From Octopus sinensis (Eukaryota): a stretch of 64,000 nucleotides of DNA. The notes beneath the pieces were generated by a model. It made no database searches, was not told the origin of the DNA, and saw only the letters and a list, made by a program, of their open reading frames with translations. Of the stretch, positions 54,818-64,000 are shown piece by piece. Where the stretch lies: positions 91,946,001 to 92,010,000 of the forward strand of contig NC_042999.1 in assembly GCF_006345805.1 (NCBI RefSeq). Direction: 5' to 3'. A program made the translations under genes and the position numbers. Numbering within the stretch: the first letter of the stretch is position 1; each line of letters begins with the position of its first letter.

Positions 54818-55665
54818 GAAAAATATATCTCTAGAATATGTACCAGGTTTAGTGTGGGCTGAGAGCTCTGACGAGCGTATGTAATACGTTTTCGGATGTA
54901 AAGCTTTCTGGTCCCGTTTACTTCGTTGCAAATGACATCATGGAATATATTTTCACTCGTATTTAGGTGCTTGTAGCATTCTTTGTTCGATATCAGAGAA
55001 ATAGTTGAGACATTGATATAGATGATGTTATTGTGGTTACCACACAGCCACACCTGCGCCTATAATGGTCATTTTTTTTTCTTGCTAGTCCCGAAATATA
55101 ACAATATCTGTTTCAACACACAATTTCACATCAAGAATCTTGCAAAACAAATTCATAAACATTATTTTAATTATTTTAACACAATTCCCTTCTTATAAAC
55201 TTCGAGAATGCCCAAACATAGAAAAAGGCTTTATTTCATACCTTCAATATCTTTTTGGAAAGATAGTTTTCCACTATTAAACCCTAGATCGGGTTGTTAT
55301 TTATATTCCCGTGTGAATCAATAAAATATTCCTCAGATCTCCCAAAAGAAAAAAAAGGATAAGGAGCTGACAGCATGCGATAATTCATCCAGCCAAACAC
55401 AAGGTAGTAAATTTCTTTACAGAAAACTTCAGGGTCACCTGTATATTTACCGCTCTGGTTATAACTAATGGTATTTAACCATCACTAAACCCGGCCTTTT
55501 TAACCATGCGCCTGTTCCTTTACCTCCAGAATTTCTTTGGAATTCTCATCCTCTTCATGTAATGATTTAATAGTTTTTTTCCTGATTTCATATGGCTGGA
55601 ATCGAAAGCAAAGCCAAATACCAAGCGTGAATTCAAGAGCTCATAACAATCTCATATAAGTATAC

Positions 55666-55698
<33 letters not shown>

Positions 55699-55964
55699 CA
55701 TACATACATACATACATACATACATACATAATTGCATACATACACACACAAGCAAACACATGCAAACACGCGTGTGTGTATTCGTTCATGTACAATTAAC
55801 AAGCGTTCGTATTTGTATGTTTTGTTATATCAGCAACGCTTGTACAGTTTATCCCTGATACTTCTCTCTTTTCAGACGCTAATCTCTTATCTCGGCTCTC
55901 AACAGAAATACAATTGGGAAACGAGTTATCTTCTCACTCAACTTAAAATTAATTAAATAGACGC

Positions 55965-56038
55965 ACATAAACACACAAACATACACACACACACTCACAC
56001 ACACACACACACATCACACACACACTTTACACATACAG

Positions 56039-56083
<45 letters not shown>

Positions 56084-56085
56084 CA

Positions 56086-56178
<93 letters not shown>

Positions 56179-56355
56179 GTATATATATATACACATATAT
56201 ATGTAAATATATCTATACATACACACACACACACACATATATATATTATATATATACATATATATATATATACATACACACATACATATACACCTATATA
56301 TATGTACATGCATAATTATGTGTTTATATATACACACACACATATATACATGTTG

Positions 56356-56392
<37 letters not shown>

Positions 56393-56400
56393 TGCATAAG
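55965..56400. repeat. (CA)n/(TA)n/(TG)n compound microsatellite
   Basis: Seen directly. Confidence 0.95.
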
Positions 56401-57328
56401 TTTGATAAGTATACCTGTAAGTGAGTATTGCTTTAAATGTTCTGATAATTAGTAATACTATCATCATAATCACTACGTTATTTCATTCTGTTTTATTTTA
56501 ATGATTAATATATATATCTTCCCGATTATTTATTTCAGCAGCGGAGGGATTCCTAGTTGCCGAGAGACAAAGCTATTGCTTTAATCTTTATTTTAATTTT
56601 CGCTAATGTTTCATTTTAACGGAGATAACACAAATGAGATTTAAGTGTATGTTTTTTTCCTCTTTTTTTTTTCCTGTATTTTTCTGCATTTGTCTTTTTG
56701 GACGTAGATTCACGTTTCACGTTAAGATGATAGTGCGTAATATGAGGGAGATGTAGTTGTTCTCTGTACACTTTGAACAGCAGCGTAGAGGCACTTGTTG
56801 CTATTGGTGGTGCTGGTGATGGTGGTGATGGTGGTCGTCGACGTTTGTAGTGAACAAAGACCAGGTCAGCGTTTACGTAGCAAGATTTTGTCAAAGACTG
56901 CCCATCCTTGACCATCTCAAGTGTTTTTCTCAGAACTTCAATGTCCGATGCTTCCTTCTATGTTCAAGGTAGCAATTTATGATTTGAAGGAGATTTTTGA
57001 CATCTCTTCCTCAATCAACGAACATAGTAACATTGCATAAACTAAAACATCATTGTCAACGACGCAATGCGGAGAAATATATCGGTGCCTGTATGTACGC
57101 CTCTATTTAAACACATACGCACGCACATAAACACATACACACGCACATAAACACATACACACGGACATACATCCAAATGTACATAACACATTCATACAAA
57201 CACACACACACACACATACACACACATGTATATGCATATATACATGCTTACGTATATACATGTATTTATATATATATATATATATATGTTTAAATGTATG
57301 TATGCATATATATATATGCATGTATGTA

Positions 57329-57361
<33 letters not shown>

Positions 57362-57395
57362 GCATGTATGTATATATGTATATATATATATATTA

Positions 57396-57432
<37 letters not shown>

Positions 57433-57449
57433 GCATGTATGTATATATG

Positions 57450-57501
<52 letters not shown>

Positions 57502-57540
57502 ATATAATATATATATATATATGTATATGTATATATATAT

Positions 57541-57979
57541 TTGAATGTGTGTATGTGTGTGTGTGTGTGTGTGTGGTGTGTGTGTGTGTGTTGGAATCCG
57601 AGAAATCTGTTGATCATAAAATAACCCACAAGCTAATTAGCTTTTCAAACTAAAGAACAAGATAATGTACAAATGCCTCAAGACAACAAATTTTCTTGAC
57701 GAATTACACCAGGGGATTATAACCCAATCGATCTACCCGATATATTCAAATGTTGACTATCCAAAACTAAACGACACTCACGTATTTCACAACACTAAAC
57801 GCCAACGTTAACTGTATTACTATTTTCAAAGTCTTTTTGCATTGTTACACGATATCATCAAGGCATCTTCCGTTCAAAATTTGAAAAATCCTGAATTAAC
57901 AACTCTGTCAATATATTCATATATACATACATACTTACGTACGCACATACATACATGCATACACACATACGTATATATA

Positions 57980-58066
<87 letters not shown>

Positions 58067-58138
58067 ATATATACATATATATACATATATATATATATGT
58101 ATATGTATGTTTATATATATATATCTGTATATATATAT

Positions 58139-58180
<42 letters not shown>

Positions 58181-58210
58181 GTATATATATATTTGAATGT
58201 GTGTATGTGT

Positions 58211-58244
<34 letters not shown>

Positions 58245-58632
58245 TGGAATCCGAGAAATCTGTTGATCATAAAATAACCCACAAGCTAATTAGCTTTTCA
58301 AACTAAAGAACAAGATAATGTACAAATGCCTCAAGACAACAAATTTTCTTGACGAATTACACCAGGGGATTATAACCCAATCGATCTACCCGATATATTC
58401 AAATGTTGACTATCCAAAACTAAACGACACTCACGTATTTCACAACACTAAACGCCAACGTTAACTGTATTACTATTTTCAAAGTCTTTTTGCATTGTTA
58501 CACGATATCATCAAGGCATCTTCCGTTCAAAATTTGAAAAATCCTGAATTAACAACTCTGTCAATATATTCATATATACATACATACTTACGTACGCACA
58601 TACATACATGCATACACACATACGTATATATA

Positions 58633-58680
<48 letters not shown>
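57541..58680. repeat. About 653-bp tandem segmental duplication
   Basis: Unique block ttggaatccgagaaatc...cacacatacgtata at about 57591-57975 recurs apparently identically from 58244. Confidence 0.95.
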
Positions 58681-58682
<2 letters not shown>

Positions 58683-58744
58683 TTTGTAAAAAACATAAAT
58701 CCGAAAGAAGGACACTCTAAGATGTTGAGCAGAATATAATAAAA

Positions 58745-59110
58745 ATGGGTAATGCCGTTTTATGGGATTACCTAAGGTTTCCAGTCCATAAAGAGTTTAG
58801 CTTTATGTCGTATCGTCAGATCCTAAAAACTTGTTGGCCCCATGACCTCTTAAAAATGTAGAGGAGGCCTTCTTTTTTTCACTAACACTCTTTACCAGGT
58901 TTTTGAATACGATAGGTGGGTGGCAGGAGGCTATGTTAATAATGTACGTTAACCTCCCGTTTGGTTTGCGGGAGGGCCTGTAATGTACCAAGGTCCAAGT
59001 CGAACGTGACGTGTCTCGGTTGTAAGGTTGGTCTCTATGGTGAATTTCAATCTCATGGAGGCAAGTGTGTTGATTAGATCTTTTCTAAGCCTGTCCAGTT
59101 TATGCCCGCT
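58745..59110 (-). pseudogene. Penelope-like element RT C-terminal fragment
   Basis: Minus-strand RLRKDLINTLASMRLKFTIETN, then DLDLGTL..YRPSRKPN..TYI..ASCHPPIVFKNLVKSVS (PLE RT thumb motif KPN..YI..SNHP). Confidence 0.8.
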
Positions 59111-60239
59111 TGACCCCATAGAGATGGCCGGGCGTCATCTCCGTAGAGACCAAAGTGGGCAGAGGGAAACTTTTCCTAAGAGTATCGAAGATATACAACC
59201 CGATGAAGTCGCATACGTCAGCGTTTTCATAAACCCTTGAAGGCGGTGCTCCAGCATGGCCGCTGTACAATGACTGAAATATATAAAAGGTAAAAGGTAA
59301 GTATGTGTATAAATATATATGCATTTATGTATGCATGTATATACGTATGCGTACATGAAATCAAATTCTACTAAAAACTTAAAGATTAATTTTAGGCTTC
59401 GGTACAAGACACTTTGTCAACATATCCTGAAGAAGTGAACTTCGTTATCACACATTCATCATATTTAAAATTGCAACCCCAGGACGAGGAAACAAGAGAT
59501 CAAATATCACTACTATATATGTAATACCTGCCTAGCAATAACACTACAGATTATACGAAATAAGTTTCACCAATTTCATCCGTCAAATAAGCTCCTTAAT
59601 TGAATAAAATAGTATTATTACGCTGTCATCTATCTCATGAGAATCAGACAATCTGTAGAACCATCGCCAATAACTAATAGGCTTTCCGTACAAGATTTCA
59701 TCGTAGTTTACTATTATCGCATATCCACACATGAAGCAAAGCTCCATGTGTGGATAGTAACATAGCGGATATATATTTAGAAGTATAGATTAAGAGACAA
59801 GCTATGAAAATATCGCATCACTAATCGACACCTTGCATCTATCGTTTGATGGTGTTTGGTGTGTGAACCAAACTGAAAGCGGACGGTGTTCTTTCGATTA
59901 AATGAAACTAATAAAACATGCCATAGGTCTTCTATAATGTGATCCCCAGATATTATTATTATTATTATTATTATTATATTATTATTGTTGTTGTTGTTGT
60001 TGTTGTTGTTATTATTATTACTATTGTTGTTGTTATTGTTGTTGTTTATTTTTAATCTGCATGCTTGTTACAATCAATTGCTGAAACACACCCAGCGTCC
60101 TAGGGCGAGTGAAGGATAAGAGATATTACAGTATAACGGAAAGCTTGGGGAGGGGTCGTGGCTGGGGCAGTAGTGAAATATCTTCATGTACAACACAGAC
60201 ATTTAAACTGATAGCGTTTTTCTAAGGATGGGGGCAGTA

Positions 60240-60660
60240 AATGTTAGCACAATCTTTTAGGTGTCTCTTAGACATGATCTTCCTAGAATGTTATCTAGAT
60301 GTTTCTAACATCCCTTTTTTTTAATCATACCTAGGGCACCTACAACAACAGGAACATATCTTGCTTTAAGATGCCACATCTTTTGTATTTCAATTTCCAG
60401 GTCCTTATATTTTTCTTAATTTGTCAAATTCCTTTAAAGATATACTTTTATCAGTGGGAACACTTACATCTATTAGTCTACAAGCATGTTCTTCCTCGAC
60501 TTTAATAATTATGTCTGGTCGATTAGCTTAGATCTTCTGTCAGTATTGACTGGAAAATCCCAGAGGATAGTGACATTTTTACCTTCAACGACTGGTTCAA
60601 AATGGTCTTCATATCAGTAAGTAGGTGTGCCGATTTTATTGTGTTTACATATCTTCCAAT
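60240..60660 (-). pseudogene. REL-endonuclease non-LTR fragment
   Basis: VTILWDFPVNTDR..ANRPDIII..LIDVSVP..KYKDLEIEIQKMWHLK..VPVVVGALG. Confidence 0.85.
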
Positions 60661-60769
60661 GTAAATACTGTCTTACTCTATCGTGCCAATTTTTTGTATT
60701 CGTTTGGTGTCAGCTTAAGACATCCCGAAATGGGGTTGTCTATTGTTTCGTCAAATGTGTCACAGAATC

Positions 60770-61020
60770 TTTTCGTCTGCCTTCTTGATTATTCGTGAGT
60801 CAAAGGGGCATGCAACATCAACTATATAGCATATGTAGTGCACCTTGTCCACCACCACTAGGACTGGTCTTTTATGGTCTAGCACCTGATCTGTTTGCAT
60901 TGGAAAATCACACCACTCTCTGCAGTTCGTGCTCATGCCACATCTTGCCTCTCAGTAGCCCCTACTATTCTCACACTTTCCAATGTAGCCCTTTCGCTAC
61001 CGGGTTGCATCACCACAAAT
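60770..61020 (-). pseudogene. Second, more decayed REL-endonuclease fragment
   Basis: NPVAKGLHWK..WHEH..ARP..; resembles RHNxVAKxLHW..WYEH..ARRPD. Confidence 0.5.
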
Positions 61021-61398
61021 TGTAGTGATTTGGGATTATTATTATTGTTGTTGTTGTTGCTGTTGTTGTTGTTCTTGTTGTTGTTTTTGTTGTTGTTCTT
61101 GTTCTTGTGGCTGCTGCTGTTGTTGTTATTAATGTTATTGTCGCCATAGCTAGAGGTATGGTTTTGGAGCGCTGTAAGTTTATGGCCAATTCACTTGTTT
61201 TAAAAGGTTCTATACTGTAGTTTGTTGTTTAAATCGTTTTTGCAAGCGGGGTGGGTTGATGTTTGTGAACTAAACATGTTGGGGGTTATAGAAACCTTTT
61301 TGTTTTCAAATTTCTTCGAAAATTAGCTTCGAAGAAACTAAGCATTGAAGATGGCGACGAAAAGCGGGAGTGATGAAGGGAGTAGGGGGGAGGATGAA

Positions 61399-61500
61399 AA
61401 GAAGAAGAAGAAGAAGAAGAAGAAGAAGAAGAAGAAGAAGAAGAAGAAGAAGAGAAGAAGAAGAAGAAGAAGAAGAAGAAGAAGAAGAAGAAGAAGAAGA
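61399..61500. repeat. (GAA)n trinucleotide array
   Basis: Seen directly; explains the poly-K/R/E/L/F/S ORFs. Confidence 0.97.
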
Positions 61501-61529
61501 GGAGGTAGAAATAAAGTCTTCCACACAGA

Positions 61530-62410
61530 TTTTTGCATCTCTTAGTCGACCGTGAATAGGGTGGAGGGGTTGGCAGTGTTCTTCAGAAAATGTCTGGATC
61601 TCGAGATACGGTCGGTCTTTATGCATCCTAAAGGTAAGTCGATGGTCCTAGACGTGAACGATAACAAAGGCACTATTTTAGACTGGTGGTAGTGTGCGCA
61701 TCGACTGGTGAGGGGTAACCGGAGTTCTTCAGACGCCTGGAAGCCTTTCTAGGGACGTCTCGCTCTTTAGTATTAGTGGGCGATTGGATGGGGCGAGCAG
61801 ATGGGAAAGCCTCGCAAATCTGCTCAGTCGTTTTCAGCTGGCGGACAGGTTCAGACTGGATTTTCAGAACACTCCAGTGTGGACATGGGCAAACAGTGTA
61901 GGGTCATCCAGATGTTATCGTATTCTGTAGGCCAGCAGATAGGAATAGCATAGGGTGTCCACAGTTTGAATTCCTCAACAAACAGACCACAGATTCGTGA
62001 TCTGTACAGTTGACCTAGGTAGGCTCTATAGGCAGGGACCCAGATAGTGAAAGCTAAACGCGTCCGTCCCTGTGCGTCAAGCTTTCAGAGACCGGCTTAG
62101 CAAGTTAGTCCATAGAAAGTTAACAGGTATAATCGTCAATAACCTATCGATGGGTGGGGGCCTAAAACGTGCAGTTAGTGTAGAAGCTGTAGAATTTAAC
62201 AGAGAACTAGCAATAGAGAAGACTAGAGTAGAAGGAAATCAGGCTATGAAATTAGAAGAGACACTCAGTAGAGACATAGCAACCTCTGGCAGCGAGATTG
62301 GTTCTGAACCAATTCTTCAACACCAAGCATGAAGGTTGCATTGTCAGAGCTAGAGTGCATGCTCTAAAACAGGAGGGAACGAGAGCCGTTCGATGGGCCC
62401 GAGTGTGAAA
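61530..62410 (+). pseudogene. Tx1/L1-clade APE and linker fragment
   Basis: Decayed GGGxAVLF..LDV..RLVAVYA; later RQAFRDRLSKLV..HQA*GCIVRARVHALKQEGTRAVRWAR. Confidence 0.6.
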
Positions 62411-62934
62411 ATATGACTCAAAAAGACTGGTACAAATGAAAAGATAGAACATCTACAAAAATCATCAATACATGGGACTGCAAGAGTGAAAATGTAGCCC
62501 TTCTCTTCTCTCTGTCAACTCGAATATGTAAACGTACCTTTTGTTCCAACAACACTATTAAACGCACAACAAAAAGTTTGTTCCACATATATCTTCAAAG
62601 GGTTTACAAAATGGACCATGCAAAGTTTTCCCTTCAATCTATCTAACTCTCTCCCTTTCAATATCATTCTTGTCCTTTTTTTCCTATTCCTCATTTAAAC
62701 ACATGTTCCTTTAATAGTTTCTCTGTGCTGACCTGTAAATATTCTAGTAGGCCTTTTCTTTCCATGAGTACACACACTTCCACAGCAATTGAGCTTCTTC
62801 CACCCTAGTCTCTCTTCAAGCACGACCGATTCATATTAGCTTTTCTATGGTGGGCTCTATGCATTGTCAACAGCTTTCTAAATGAAAACTCTCAGCTTAT
62901 TTTGCTGGGTATAATGGAAATTATCAACTGCCCC

Positions 62935-63245
62935 CAGCCAGCAGACTAAGGTGATACTTGTTTACTGATCACGCATCAATAAACATGCAGAGAATTCTTG
63001 CAGTCCCAGGTGTTGATGATTTTTGTAGATGTTCTATCTTTTCATGTGTACCAGTCTTTTTGTGCCACATTGGTAGATAGCAATTTCCAAGCGCGCCAAT
63101 CACTATTGATGTCACGTCCACTCTCTTTATTGCCCACATCCTGCATATTTCCGACTTCAATTCATCATAGTTGTTCAGTTTGTATTTCGCTTTTACTTCG
63201 ATCCTCTTGTCATCAGGATATGCTATGCCGATTACCAGGCATGTT
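62935..63245 (-). pseudogene. REL-endonuclease non-LTR 3' fragment
   Basis: CLVIGIAYPDDKRIE..KLNNYDELKSEICRMWAIKRVDVTSIVIGALG..LQKS..GTARIL; inserted next to an (ATT)n tract. Confidence 0.8.
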
Positions 63246-63249
63246 TTAT

Positions 63250-63250
63250 C

Positions 63251-63347
<97 letters not shown>

Positions 63348-63370
63348 CATCATCATCATCACCATCAACA

Positions 63371-63417
<47 letters not shown>
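63250..63417. repeat. (ATT)n/(CAT)n array
   Basis: Seen directly. Confidence 0.97.
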
Positions 63418-63930
63418 GTGTGAGAGAGCAGCATACGACATCAAAATGACAATGGCGTACAAATATACGAAGCCCAATTCCGTATCATGGCTACATATCT
63501 TCTAAGGGTACATCAGGCGCATGCATCACAGCCATGTCTAAGCGGCATGGCAACCTTATATCAAGAAAAAACAGCACTTGAATTTGTAGATGGAGACCAG
63601 TTAAAATTTTCTTCACGTCAATTAGCCCATCTTGCTCAAAAGGTCCCGGAATACGGATTGTTTAAGTATGATGAACGAAGCACCCATGTTTCCAGTGTTG
63701 AATTAATCAAACCCTAAAGAATGCATTTGAACACATAGCTGTGGTGATTCTCCACCGTGACTCCAAGCGCAAATGGCTAAGGTCAAGCAACTGACAAGGA
63801 AATATATAGTATTCAGCAGAGTATTTGTTGTAGCACATCTTTTACACGAAGAAAAATATGTTCTTCATAACACTTCCAATTACTTAAGATCAGCAAACAT
63901 GAGACCAACTGCCTGGTATTATATTACGGC
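63418..63930 (+). mobile_element. Interspersed repeat, unclassified (resembles a common Octopus repeat)
   Basis: gcagcatacgacatcaaaatgac..gggtacatcaggcgcatgcatcac..tagcccatcttgctcaaaaggtccc, flanked by (ATT)n; recognised from memory only. Confidence 0.4.
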
Positions 63931-64000
63931 ATTTATTATTATTATTATTATTTTTTTTTTTCTTCTTTCAAATTTTCTTCCATTTCTTGCCGAGTGTCTT

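Noticed and set aside
56851-56968. Open reading NKDQVSVYVARFCQRLPILDHLKCFSQNFNVRCFLLCS between AG and GT
   Set aside because: Poor polypyrimidine tract, weak donor and no recognisable homology.

Overview
AT-rich, microsatellite-dense eukaryotic DNA. The SINE types, Tx1/RTE/CR1-group LINEs and (TA)n/(TATC)n/(TATG)n arrays point to a coleoid cephalopod, most likely Octopus; this is inferred from recalled repeat types, not a database search. One clear host gene is present: a single-coding-exon FxRIamide (FLRIamide) neuropeptide precursor at 4787-5566 (+), 259 aa, with a signal peptide and 10 predicted amidated peptides. The rest is mostly transposon-derived. It includes a near full-length CR1-group LINE (about 21.4-26.0 kb) whose ORF1 has a Myb/SANT-like start, polyQ and two CCCH fingers, and whose ORF2 breaks are mostly single-base homopolymer indels. 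It also includes a decayed RTE LINE (26.3-30.0 kb), monomeric to trimeric tRNA-derived SINEs, MITEs (one forming a roughly 1 kb palindrome), and Helitron, Tc1, Penelope, Tx1 and REL-endonuclease LINE fragments. More speculative signals are a chain of small phase-compatible exons (40.3-53.7 kb), an octamer/ETS/TATA cluster followed by a hairpin (48.6 kb), and HDV-like ribozyme remnants in RTE 5' ends. Most ORFs in the supplied track are microsatellite or antisense shadows.
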